From contig JAHHIK010000061.1 of assembly GCA_019358935.1 (NCBI GenBank), forward strand, positions 1-49,788: 49,788 nt of DNA. The letters run 5' to 3'. A program made the position numbers and the translations under genes. The stretch is from Tolypothrix carrinoi HA7290-LM1 (GTDB lineage: Bacteria > Cyanobacteriota > Cyanobacteriia > Cyanobacteriales > Nostocaceae). Below, piece after piece: positions 29,640-38,617 of this stretch; positions within the stretch are counted from its first letter, which is position 1, and each line of letters begins with the position of its first letter. The notes under the pieces are model-generated. The model was not told the origin of the DNA and did not search any database. It saw only the letters and a list, made by a program, of their open reading frames with translations.

Positions 29640-30005
29640 CTAACCAATTGTCACTTGAGTAGTATCAACACCAGTAGCGCCACTAACCGATCGCGCTACA
29701 GAAACCATTTTGTTTAAAATATCTTGGCTGGGAACTTTGCCTTTTAACACTACAGTTCCGCTAGTTTGAGCAACCCAGAGTGTATCAACATCATCCAGTT
29801 GGGCATCTTGATCGAACGCTAAGGCAACTCGCTTTGCTAAACCACTCTGATCGTACTCTCCATTCAACCCGACGCGCTCTGGGGGAATTGATTGAGTAGC
29901 AGCAGGAGCAGCAGTACTAACAGCTTGTGGTACTGGCTGCGGCTCAGGATTCACTTCTGCATTTTGGGGTTTTTCCATGCCAAAAAGTCTTTTTAACCAA
30001 CCCAT
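29640..30005 (-). CDS. BON-domain (phospholipid-binding) protein
   Basis: GEYDQSGLAKRV..AF, VVLKGKV, ARSVSGATGVD. Confidence 0.85.
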   Translation of the reverse strand: MGWLKRLFGMEKPQNAEVNPEPQPVPQAVSTAAPAATQSIPPERVGLNGEYDQSGLAKRVALAFDQDAQLDDVDTLWVAQTSGTVVLKGKVPSQDILNKMVSVARSVSGATGVDTTQVTIG

Positions 30006-30263
30006 AAACGCTTTTCTCCTATTAAAAATTCATGACAATTTGAGTATAAAAGCTGTCATATAAAATCGACATCTACCTATGAAAAGAGAATAATCTAGTT
30101 TGCGGTATGATTTCCGCACAACTGACAAAAAATAACTGTAAAAAATACATGTCTTTGGTTTATAATGAAAGGTTAGACTAAAAATATAGTATTTACGTAT
30201 AACGTAGATAGAAGATGATGTCTGCGTTACAAAAATGTCGCCCTAGCCAAAACACCCGCGAAG

Positions 30264-30782
30264 ATGAAACACACCCTTTCTGTTCTTGTAGAAGATGAAG
30301 CGGGAGTTCTTTCCCGAATTTCTAGTTTATTTGCCCGTCGCGGTTTTAATATTGAAAGCCTTGCCGTAGGTCCTGCCGAGCTTCTAGGAGTCTCGCGGAT
30401 TACAATGGTTGTACCAGGTGACGATCGCGTAATCGAGCAACTCACCAAGCAATTATACAAGTTAGTGAATGTCCTCAAGGTGCAAGACATTACCGAGACT
30501 CCTTGTGTAGAGCGAGAATTAATGCTGTTAAAGGTAAATGCCACTAGCAGCAACCGTGGAGAAATTATCGAATTATCTCAGATTTTTCGCTCGCGAGTTG
30601 TAGATGTGGCAGAAGATTCCCTGACCTTGGAAGTTGTCGGCGATCCAGGTAAAATGGTAGCGATCGTGCAAGTGTTGCAAAAATTTGGTTTAAAAGAAAT
30701 AGCCAGAACAGGCAAAATTGCTTTAATTCGCGAGTCAGGTGTTAATACAGAATTGCTCAAGTCTTTGGAAGCAAAAGTTTAG
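30264..30782 (+). CDS. ilvN: Acetolactate synthase small (regulatory) subunit
   Basis: [37 protein letters not shown] domain; EIARTG. Confidence 0.96.
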   Translation: MKHTLSVLVEDEAGVLSRISSLFARRGFNIESLAVGPAELLGVSRITMVVPGDDRVIEQLTKQLYKLVNVLKVQDITETPCVERELMLLKVNATSSNRGEIIELSQIFRSRVVDVAEDSLTLEVVGDPGKMVAIVQVLQKFGLKEIARTGKIALIRESGVNTELLKSLEAKV

Positions 30783-30784
30783 AT

Positions 30785-31060
30785 AATGGTAATTGGGCAT
30801 GGGGCATTGGGAATTGGTAATTGGGAAAAAGGTAATTGGTAATGGGTAATTGGGCATTGGGCATTGGGCATTGGGCAATGGGCAATGGGCAATGTGAATA
30901 AAAAGAAGCTAGACGTATTTCACAAAGGGACTATGCCCCATTCCCCATTCCCCATGCCCCATGCCCCATTCTCCATTACCCATTCCCCATTACCCATTAC
31001 CCATTACCCATGCCCCATTACCCATTACCCATGCCCTATTCCCCATGCCCGATGCCCAAC
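30785..31060. repeat. Inverted STRR pair (GGGCATT/GGTAATT, then CCCATTA/ATGCCC)
   Basis: Tandem heptamers and their complements. Confidence 0.88.
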
Positions 31061-31935
31061 ATCTAAACCAAGAACTGCTAGCGCTTTTACCAACTGCTGA
31101 AGATGTTGCTTTTTATGAGGAACACGGGTGGTATATCTCTGAAAAAGTGCTTGCTGAGGAAATTATTGATGAGGCTATTAAAGGTAGTGAAAGATACTAC
31201 CGGGGAGATCGAGATACACTACTTTCCATCAGCAGCGGTTATAGCAATTGGCAACCGAAAGATGGGTACGATGTTATTCGTAATAATGAATTTGTTTCTT
31301 TGCAAAACAAGCAATTGCGCTTTTTAGGATTGCAACCAATCATCGGTGCGATCGCTTCACGATTAGCCAAAACTAAGCAAATTCGACTATTAGATGACCA
31401 ACTCGTTTACAAACCACCTCAAGACAAAAATGGTAAAACTGCCGTTGGTTGGCATAGCGATCGCGCTTATTGGTCTACTTGCAGTTCACACAACTTACTC
31501 ACCGCTTGGATTCCCTTTCATGACTGCGATGAGTTGAATGGATCGTTGGTTGTGCTAGACAAAAGTCATAAATGGTCAGGTATCAAAAATACGCGATTTT
31601 TTAATAACTACAATTTCGAAGATATCGAACAGCAATTTTCTCAGCAAAAACGGGAAATTATCAAAGTTCCAATCGCATTAAAAAAAGGTCAAGTCAGCTT
31701 TCATCATTGTTGGACAATTCATGGAAGCTACCCTAACTACAGCAACTCGTTTCGCTTGGCAATGGCAGTACATCTACAAGATGAAAGCAATTTTTATCAA
31801 CCTTTTTGGAATCATCAAGGAAAAGAAATTCATATCATTGATGAGTTATTATGTCGAAAATTGCCTAATGGCGATTTAGATTTCAGCGATCCAGCGATAT
31901 TTCCTGTTTTATGGTCAGAAGATAATCAAGTTTAA
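31045..31935 (+). CDS. Phytanoyl-CoA dioxygenase (PhyH)-family Fe(II)/2-oxoglutarate dioxygenase
   Basis: FYEEHGW, GWHSD (HxD), TAWIP, KGQVSFHH..TIHGS..N...R; start uncertain (inside STRR). Confidence 0.85.
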   Translation: MPDAQHLNQELLALLPTAEDVAFYEEHGWYISEKVLAEEIIDEAIKGSERYYRGDRDTLLSISSGYSNWQPKDGYDVIRNNEFVSLQNKQLRFLGLQPIIGAIASRLAKTKQIRLLDDQLVYKPPQDKNGKTAVGWHSDRAYWSTCSSHNLLTAWIPFHDCDELNGSLVVLDKSHKWSGIKNTRFFNNYNFEDIEQQFSQQKREIIKVPIALKKGQVSFHHCWTIHGSYPNYSNSFRLAMAVHLQDESNFYQPFWNHQGKEIHIIDELLCRKLPNGDLDFSDPAIFPVLWSEDNQV

Positions 31936-32144
31936 ATATTTTAGGAATTACGCACAGACAATTAGAAGAAATTCGTAGTAAGCGCTGTACTCGCTTAAAA
32001 TCCTTTTTGTGTACGTTCTGGTTGCGCTTGTACAGGTAGAGGAAAAAAGAATATAAACAAAGTAATCAAAACACAGAGATACACAGAGTAGTTTCTCTGC
32101 GAACCTCTGCGTTTGAAAAATAATTTATCCAAACCTAATGTCTA

Positions 32145-33152
32145 TCATTCATCACTAATCAGCAAAACAATTTTACCTGTCACAGACCCACTTTCTAATA
32201 ATTGATGAGCTTTTGCTGCTTTTTCTAAAGGAAAAGTTTGACTAACATGAATTTTCAACTTACCTTCATCAATCCAAGTGGCACACTGTTCTAAAATTTC
32301 TGCATGATGCTTTTGTGCTTCCACTATGCCTTGCAACATTGGTGTCAACATTAATTCCAAACCGATGCGGAGATTACGCACTCGGGCAGCTTTCCAAACA
32401 GTATTGGCATCAGGTTCCAAAATCGTCACAATATCGCCATATACGCGCACTGCGGGAAAGGTTTTGTGAAAAGTTTCTCCTCCCACGGTATCAAAAGCTA
32501 AATCTACACCTTCACCGTTTGTCCAATTTAAAGCAGCTTGCACAAAGTCGGTTTGTTTGTAAAAAATTACTTCGTCAGCACCTAATTCTTTGACGAAATT
32601 AGCTTTTTCTTGGGAACTCACAGTTGTGCAGACATCAGCACCTTTTAGTTTTGCTAGCTGAATTGCTACATGACCAACACCACCGGCACCCGCATGAATC
32701 AAAACTTTTTCCCCAGGTTGCAGTCGTCCTCGTTCATACAACGCTTCCCAAGCGGTAATTAACACCAAAGGTGCAGCAGCAGCTTCCATAAAGGTTGCCG
32801 AAGCAGGTTTACGAGCAACAAATCGCTCATCGATAACGGTAAATTCCGCATAATTACCTTGATGTGCGCCCAACCCGCCATTGCAAAAATATACTTCATC
32901 GCCTACGCGAAAACGCTGAACGGCACCACCGACAGCTTCAACCACACCTGCACCATCACATCCTAAAATGGCAGGCATATTATCTGGGTAAAAAGTGCCG
33001 CGTTTGCGAAGTTTTGTATCAATCGGGTTTACCCCAGCTGCTACCAAGCGTACTAAAAGTTCCGTTTCTTTTGGAGGGACAGCAGGTTTTGGTAGGGACT
33101 GCATTTGCAGAACTTCGGGATTACCAGGTGCTGTCATTAAGACTGCTTTCAC
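32145..33152 (-). CDS. MDR-family NADPH:quinone reductase / zinc-binding ADH-like protein
   Basis: AGVNPID, GCDGAG, LIHAGAGGVGH, GKIVL. Confidence 0.9.
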   Translation of the reverse strand: MKAVLMTAPGNPEVLQMQSLPKPAVPPKETELLVRLVAAGVNPIDTKLRKRGTFYPDNMPAILGCDGAGVVEAVGGAVQRFRVGDEVYFCNGGLGAHQGNYAEFTVIDERFVARKPASATFMEAAAAPLVLITAWEALYERGRLQPGEKVLIHAGAGGVGHVAIQLAKLKGADVCTTVSSQEKANFVKELGADEVIFYKQTDFVQAALNWTNGEGVDLAFDTVGGETFHKTFPAVRVYGDIVTILEPDANTVWKAARVRNLRIGLELMLTPMLQGIVEAQKHHAEILEQCATWIDEGKLKIHVSQTFPLEKAAKAHQLLESGSVTGKIVLLISDE

Positions 33153-33244
33153 GATTTGTTCCTCCAGACTAAAGCTACATGTACGCTTTTAAGGCAACTT
33201 TAGCGTAATAAAGAGAAGAGCGATCGCCTTAATCCTATGATAAA

Positions 33245-33260
33245 TGTACACTTCTGTACA
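33245..33260. promoter_or_regulatory. Putative antitoxin operator: two TGTACA palindromes
   Basis: TGTACA-CTTC-TGTACA 10 bp upstream of the Phd/YefM start; TGTACA is the core of yefM-yoeB operators. Confidence 0.5.
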
Positions 33261-33269
33261 CTTATTTAT

Positions 33270-33461
33270 ATGTCTAAGTACTTGAGTATTACCGAAGCTA
33301 GAAGACAATTGCTAGATTTACCGGATTAGTTGAACGATGAGCCAGTAATAATTACCAAGCATGGTAAGCCAGTTATGGCAGCACTTAGCTTGGAAACACT
33401 TTCTATTCTTTGCGATCGCCTTTCCCTAATTCCTGAATATGAAAAAGCCGCGAAATATTGA
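33270..33461 (+). pseudogene. Phd/YefM-family antitoxin pseudogene
   Basis: Translates [46 protein letters not shown]...; in-frame TAG at 33327-33329; no toxin gene follows. Confidence 0.8.
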
Positions 33462-33502
33462 CTTTCGCGGCTTCGGTGTGGTGTGAGGAACTTAACTATC
33501 GA
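33441..33502 (-). ncRNA. Candidate Yfr1-like small RNA
   Basis: Minus strand reads GUUCCUCACACCACACC directly before a terminator; close to the Yfr1 core ACUCCUCACAC; TATGAT -10-like hexamer just upstream. Confidence 0.5.
33442..33473 (-). terminator. Rho-independent terminator on the minus strand
   Basis: AAGCCGCGAAA/TTTCGCGGCTT stem followed by a U-tract on the minus strand. Confidence 0.8.
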
Positions 33503-33607
33503 TCATCATATAGGCAGTTACTAATACTTTGACGCTCGTAACAGTTTTGGTAACAGAATTTTTGGACTTACGCAAAAACTCTCCCAAACTCTTACTCCTT
33601 GGCATCC

Positions 33608-33687
33608 TTCTCCTATCAAAGACGCTGCGATCGCGCCGCGTGCCTCTAAAAGAGCGCAGCGTCTCCCTTTGGGAGAAGAGCGATCGC
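33608..33687. repeat. HIP1-associated small dispersed repeat cluster
   Basis: HIP1 at 33627 and 33680; TTCTCC..AGACGCTGCG and its inverted relative CGCAGCGTCTCCCTTTGGGAGAA. Confidence 0.65.
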
Positions 33688-33846
33688 ACCCAAGATGCTG
33701 TCTGCATGGCATGAAAACCGTACCCACAGCACTATTTATATTTGCTAGCCTAGGGATAATGAAAATAATCCTGATGGTGGTGGCATAATTGCTGAATATC
33801 TATCGGGTAACAAAACTTTATTAAAAGTAATACAAGAGACAGAATT

Positions 33847-34344
33847 ATGGCAGCTTCTGAATCTAAAGTCACCCGTTTCTATAATCAAGAAGATGTGCAG
33901 CAAATTCTTCATTTAGCGATCGCTCGTCAAGCAAACGACAAAGAAAAAGAATTTTCTTACGAGCAATTGTTAGAAATCGCTGCCGAATTAGAAATTCCTC
34001 CAGAATCTTTAAAATTAGCAGAGCGCGATTGGTTGGACAAACAAGGAGAAATGCAACAGCGCCAAGCTTTTAACATTTATCGCCAAAGAAGATTCAAGAA
34101 GCGTTTTGGCAAGTATGCAATTGTCAATAGTGTTTTGATATTAGTCGATTTAGTTGGTGGTGGTGGTCTTTTTTGGTCGCTTTACATTTTGCTATTCTGG
34201 GGACTGGGAGTAGCGTTTGATGCTTGCAATACTTATCAAACTAACAGCGAAGAATACGAAATTGCTTTTCAAAAATGGCATCGCAAGCATCAACTTAAAC
34301 AAACATTTAACACAGTTTGGAATAAGTTTTTTATCAAAGCGTAA
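33847..34344 (+). CDS. 2TM-domain protein
   Basis: Y.QEDVQQIL..AI, LLEIAAELEIP, two TM segments WSLYILLFWGLG. Confidence 0.8.
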   Translation: MAASESKVTRFYNQEDVQQILHLAIARQANDKEKEFSYEQLLEIAAELEIPPESLKLAERDWLDKQGEMQQRQAFNIYRQRRFKKRFGKYAIVNSVLILVDLVGGGGLFWSLYILLFWGLGVAFDACNTYQTNSEEYEIAFQKWHRKHQLKQTFNTVWNKFFIKA

Positions 34345-34380
34345 ATTTAGTTGGGGAATGGGTAATGGGTAATGGGTAAT

Positions 34381-34440
34381 GGTGAGTCCAGCGCTGCGGG
34401 AGGGTTTCCCTCCGCAGGCGACTGGCGAACCCGAAGGGGT
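34381..34440 (+). repeat. SDR5-like structured repeat inside a GGGTAAT STRR array
   Basis: GAGTCCAGCG-CTGCGGGAGGG-TTT-CCCTCCGCAG-GCGACTGGCG-AACCCGAAGGG. Confidence 0.75.
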
Positions 34441-34508
34441 AATGGGTAATAAAAATAACTACCAATGCCCAATTACCTTTTTCCCAATTACCAATTACCT
34501 ATGCCCAA

Positions 34509-35132
34509 TTACCAACTAGCCACAGCTTGAGCGATCGCATCAACAGCTTGAGCAAGAGACTGTTCGCGCACATCATCACCCGCACTCAGGTTTTCTACAT
34601 GAATCAAGGAAATGTCCGTAATTCCTAAGAAGCCAAAAACCGCTTTTAAATAAGGTTCTTGATAATCGTATGGCGCGGTGGGACTTCCTTGCGTAAAACT
34701 ACCACCACGAGCCGTAACAATCAGCATCTTCTTTCCGGAAACTAAGCCCTGAAAAGCACCTTGTTCGGTGACTGCGAAAGTACGACCAACGCGAACAATT
34801 TGGTCAATATAAGCTTTAAAAGTAGATGGTATATTAAAGTTGTACATCGGCACACCGAAAACATACCGATCAGCCGCCAAAAACTCATCTACCAATTCAT
34901 CAGAAATTTTAATCGCTTGATTGAGTTCGGGTGAACGTGTTTGCGGTGGTGAAAAAGCCGCAGCAATCCACGATTCGTCTACATGAGGGACGGGATTGTG
35001 TCCTAAATCGCGGTAAGCGACTGTATCATCAGGATGAGCGGTTTTCCAAGATGTGATGAACTCATGAGAAAACTTGCGAGAAAAAGAGCGATCGCCACGA
35101 GGACTAGAATCTATATGCAGGATATGTGCCAT
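34509..35132 (-). CDS. azoR: FMN-dependent NADH-azoreductase
   Basis: ILHIDSSPRG..SFS, PMYNFNIPSTFKAYID, ARGG, YL..VFGFLGI. Confidence 0.92.
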   Translation of the reverse strand: MAHILHIDSSPRGDRSFSRKFSHEFITSWKTAHPDDTVAYRDLGHNPVPHVDESWIAAAFSPPQTRSPELNQAIKISDELVDEFLAADRYVFGVPMYNFNIPSTFKAYIDQIVRVGRTFAVTEQGAFQGLVSGKKMLIVTARGGSFTQGSPTAPYDYQEPYLKAVFGFLGITDISLIHVENLSAGDDVREQSLAQAVDAIAQAVASW

Positions 35133-35269
35133 TAATTAATTTCCTCAAAAATTTGAAGGCATTTTTGCCCTTTGCAAAGATGCTGCCGATCAATTTTGGT
35201 TTTCACCTTGATATACACGGCGAGCATCCGTATAGACTTTAAACCATGTAAAGCTAATATAAACAGTAG

Positions 35270-35304
35270 GCACTTAAAAGTAAGATACTTACCTAAAAGT
35301 AACT
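35270..35304. promoter_or_regulatory. Putative HxlR-family operator between divergent azoR and its regulator
   Basis: GCACTTAAAAGTAAG-ATA-CTTACCTAAAAGTAAC dyad boxes abutting the regulator ATG. Confidence 0.5.
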
Positions 35305-35673
35305 ATGAAAGCTGAAGCAGAAAACTATAGCAGGCTGACTTGTGAAGTAGAAACTACGCTAAAGGTGATTGGTGGACGCTGGAAGGTGTTAATTATTAGA
35401 GAATTAATGCCTGGAGTTAAACGCTTCGGTGAATTGCAAAGAGCTTTGTCTGGAATTACTCAAAAAATGCTGACTCAGCAACTCAGAGAAATGGAGGAAG
35501 ATGGTATTATTCATCGAGAAATTTACCCACAAATTCCTCCAAAGGTAGAATATTCACTAACACCTTTAGGAGAAAGTCTCCAACCGATTCTCTATGCAAT
35601 GCATGAGTGGGCAGTACAGCATTATTTGGGTGAAAATGCAAGTCAAATTAAGAGCGAGCGATCGCACTCCTAA
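35305..35673 (+). CDS. HxlR/DUF24-family winged-helix regulator
   Basis: [41 protein letters not shown]. Confidence 0.93.
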   Translation: MKAEAENYSRLTCEVETTLKVIGGRWKVLIIRELMPGVKRFGELQRALSGITQKMLTQQLREMEEDGIIHREIYPQIPPKVEYSLTPLGESLQPILYAMHEWAVQHYLGENASQIKSERSHS

Positions 35674-35727
35674 CTTTTGTACAGACGTTCGGTGTGGAAC
35701 GTCTCTAGCTAACTTTTATTAAATAAT

Positions 35728-36117
35728 TTATTCATTAGTTTGTAAATATTCAATCGCTGCCTCCAACTTTGAAGAATAACCTTCAGCAAATCTTTCAAAC
35801 CAAAGTCCTTCTGCTGAAAATGGATCTAACTTTTTCAGCCAATCTTCGGCTTGATTTTTCAAAGCCTCCAATTGTTGTGCTTTGAGTTTTTCTTGTTTAG
35901 TTCGCTCTTGTTCTAATTATTGCTGTATTCTTAACTCTTGGGCTGCATCTTTTTCGACAAAATCAGCTTTAACTTCCGCCAAAAGACTATCTATTAAAGA
36001 TGTCGATTTTGGCGGTGGTTGGATGAATGTTTTTGTTTGTGGTGGTGGCTGTTGGGGTTTTGCTGGTTCATCATATTCAGCTTTCAGTTCAGCCAATAGC
36101 TTATCAAGAGAATCCAT
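35728..36117 (-). pseudogene. Slr1339-like (salt-stress family) gene with an internal nonsense codon
   Basis: Frame continues past TAA at 35917-35919 into LEQER...AEDWLKKLDPFSAEGLWFERFAEGYSSKLEAAIEYL to a stop at 35728. Confidence 0.8.
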
Positions 36118-36142
36118 CTTTCAAATCCTGTAAAACGGATAT

Positions 36143-36748
36143 TTAGTCGTTAATAGCATTGAGTAGGACTTCTGATAAACTCATATCCTCCATATCTTCC
36201 ATTGTGATTGTGTCACAAATGTCAAACTTGGCTCCAGCGCTTTGAAGTTCATCATCCAAGACTTTGAGAAAGCGGGTTGCTTGAGCATCTGTACCAACTT
36301 GAATGAAAGAAATAGCTAGTTCTTCATCGCGATCCATTTGCCTTGAAGCTTCGATAATCACCTTCATTACCGCTTTGCGATCGTCCGGTTCACCATCAGT
36401 AATAACTAAAATTGTCTCACCATTTAACTTAGTTTGACCAGAAGATTTTCGCTGAAAGTAGTTATCTAGCGCATGTTTTAAAACACCAGCTAAGTCAGTT
36501 GTTCCTGAGGGATCGTTTTCAGTGAAAATTTGAGTTACCTTGCTTGCGGTGACATTTTCGTAACGCTTAAATCTGCCAGAAAATACATAAAGTGTGATAC
36601 CATCTGGATCGAATTGCTCGCATTTACTCGCTAAGGCAAAAGTAGATTCTTGTGCAGTTGCCCATCTGGTTTTGCTACCCTTTTGATCTGGGGTTGCCAT
36701 ACTGCCGCTTTTGTCGATAATTAAGGTGTAATCGCGATTATCTAACAT
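36143..36748 (-). CDS. vWA-domain protein (paralog 2)
   Basis: MIDAS DKSGS, TDGEPDD; start at MLDNRDY (upstream MPNAQCP is STRR); 201 aa. Confidence 0.9.
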   Translation of the reverse strand: MLDNRDYTLIIDKSGSMATPDQKGSKTRWATAQESTFALASKCEQFDPDGITLYVFSGRFKRYENVTASKVTQIFTENDPSGTTDLAGVLKHALDNYFQRKSSGQTKLNGETILVITDGEPDDRKAVMKVIIEASRQMDRDEELAISFIQVGTDAQATRFLKVLDDELQSAGAKFDICDTITMEDMEDMSLSEVLLNAIND

Positions 36749-36769
36749 TTGAAATTCTCCTAAGTCAAT

Positions 36770-36862
36770 GGTAATTGGTAATTGGGCATTGGGCATTGGG
36801 CATTGGGCATTGGGCATTGGGCATTGGGCATTGGGCATTGGGCATTGGGCATTGGGCATTGG
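36770..36862. repeat. STRR (GGGCATT)x~11
   Basis: Perfect tandem heptamers. Confidence 0.92.
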
Positions 36863-36874
36863 ACTTTGGGCTTC

Positions 36875-37480
36875 TTAATCAGTAATTGCGTTCATTAATA
36901 TATCTGCTAAACTCATATCTTCCATATCATCTAAGGTGATGGTGTCGCAAATATCGAATTTTGCACCGACACTTTGCAACTGGTCATCTAAAGCTTTCAA
37001 AAATTTAGTTGCTTGGGCATCTGAACCAACTTGAATCATAGATATTGCTAATTCTTCATCGCGATCCATTTGCCTGGTAGCGTTGATGATGACTTCAAAT
37101 ACTGCTTTGCGATCGTCTGGTTCACCATCAGTAACAACTAAAATTGTCTCACCATTCAGTTTAGTTTTGCCGGCAGCTTTGCGCTGAAAGTAATTATCAA
37201 GTGCGTTTTGAAGTACACCTGCTAAATTTGTTGTACCTGCTGGATCGTTTTCTAAAAATATCTGCGCGACTTTGGCAGATGTGACATCTTCGTAGCGTTT
37301 AAATCTGCCAGAAAATACATATACTGTAAGTCCATCGGGGTCAAACTGTTCGCATTTTCTTGCTAAAGCGAGAGTGGATTCTTGAGCTATATCCCATCTA
37401 CTTCTACCACCGGCTTGGTCTGGGGTGGACATGCTACCGCTTTTGTCAAGGATTAATGTGTAATCGCGATCGCTCATCAT
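36875..37480 (-). CDS. vWA-domain protein (paralog 1)
   Basis: MIDAS DKSGS, TDGEPDD; 201 aa, highly similar to the downstream paralog. Confidence 0.9.
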   Translation of the reverse strand: MMSDRDYTLILDKSGSMSTPDQAGGRSRWDIAQESTLALARKCEQFDPDGLTVYVFSGRFKRYEDVTSAKVAQIFLENDPAGTTNLAGVLQNALDNYFQRKAAGKTKLNGETILVVTDGEPDDRKAVFEVIINATRQMDRDEELAISMIQVGSDAQATKFLKALDDQLQSVGAKFDICDTITLDDMEDMSLADILMNAITD

Positions 37481-37567
37481 ATATTCCTTTAATTGTTACC
37501 TGTTGGTTCTAGTCTAGCTGTTGCGTAATTGCCACGGCAGCTGTTGAGAATGCTTTGTAATAATCAT

Positions 37568-38488
37568 TTAAGTAGTCTGACGTTGACCGTAATTTGATAC
37601 CCAAGGGTCAATCTGGAACTCTGAGGCAAGAAAATCGATAAAGCAGCGCACCTTTGCTGGTATAAAGCGACCTCTTCTGTAAACAGCGTAAATTGGCAAA
37701 GGTGTTGGTTGATAGTCGTTGAGAATAACTTTAACAGCGTCCGTATTAACCACATCACCAAATAACCAAATCGGAGAAACCGCAATCCCAACACCAGATA
37801 AAACTGCTTCACGCACTGCTGTTGAATTATTTGCCTGAAAATTGCCACTAACTTTGACTTTTATCGTTTGCTCTTTTCGTTGAAAGTGCCATTCATTGCC
37901 GGTTGCAAGTCGCGTGTAAACGATGCAATTATGATCGATTAGGTCTTGAGGGGAAAGCGGTTCACCTGAAGAATCAAAATAAGCTGTTGCCCCAATTGTC
38001 ACGCGCCGAGTTATACCAATTTGCTGGTAAATTAGTGAAGTATCTTGCACGTTGCCAATTCTAATTGCGACATCTACAGCTTCTTCCACCAAGTCGATAA
38101 ATTGGTCTGTCATCATCAAATCAAGCTTAATGTCTGGATAGCGTTCGAGAAATGCTTTCAACAATGGCATAATCACAAGTTGTCCAAAGGAAACCGGACA
38201 GTTGACTTTCAGTACACCAAAAGGCTTTTGCCTTTTTCCCACGCTTGCTTCTGCTTCTGCTACTGCTTCTAAAATTCGTTGGCAATGCTCATAAAAACGT
38301 TGTCCCTCTTCAGTCACACTCAAGGATCTAGTAGAACGCACAAGCAATTGCACGTCTAGATATTCTTCTAAAGCAGCAATCTGCTTGCTAATTGTCGGTT
38401 GCGTGGTGTTCATTTCCCTTGCGACAGCGGAGAAACTATTTGTCTCCACTGTCCGCACAAAGCTTTTCATGCAGTCGATGCGATCCAT
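37568..38488 (-). CDS. LysR-family regulator (CrgA-like)
   Basis: SFSAVARE..TQPTISKQI..LE..L...LLVRSTRS HTH; DVAIRIG. Confidence 0.93.
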   Translation of the reverse strand: MDRIDCMKSFVRTVETNSFSAVAREMNTTQPTISKQIAALEEYLDVQLLVRSTRSLSVTEEGQRFYEHCQRILEAVAEAEASVGKRQKPFGVLKVNCPVSFGQLVIMPLLKAFLERYPDIKLDLMMTDQFIDLVEEAVDVAIRIGNVQDTSLIYQQIGITRRVTIGATAYFDSSGEPLSPQDLIDHNCIVYTRLATGNEWHFQRKEQTIKVKVSGNFQANNSTAVREAVLSGVGIAVSPIWLFGDVVNTDAVKVILNDYQPTPLPIYAVYRRGRFIPAKVRCFIDFLASEFQIDPWVSNYGQRQTT

Positions 38489-38497
38489 TGTCGATTC

Positions 38498-38512
38498 ATT
38501 CTTATTTGGAAT
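38498..38512. promoter_or_regulatory. LysR T-N11-A box
   Basis: ATTC-N7-GAAT dyad in the divergent lysR/SDR interval. Confidence 0.55.
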
Positions 38513-38617
38513 AAATCATATTCTATTTTGCCGTCTTCTCAAACCTAAATGAATGAATCAAGATGTACATATACAAGCGGACAAGAAAACACAAACGCCG
38601 CTACACAAAGGATTATT

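Noticed and set aside
33492..33727. Three short ORFs (61-71 aa)
   Set aside because: They span HIP1/SDR repeats and a promoter region and have no coding signature.
36749..36859. N-terminal extensions of vWA (MPNAQCP)n, HpnH (TINQQ)n and the four-helix-bundle protein
   Set aside because: STRR read-through; downstream ATGs give family-typical lengths.
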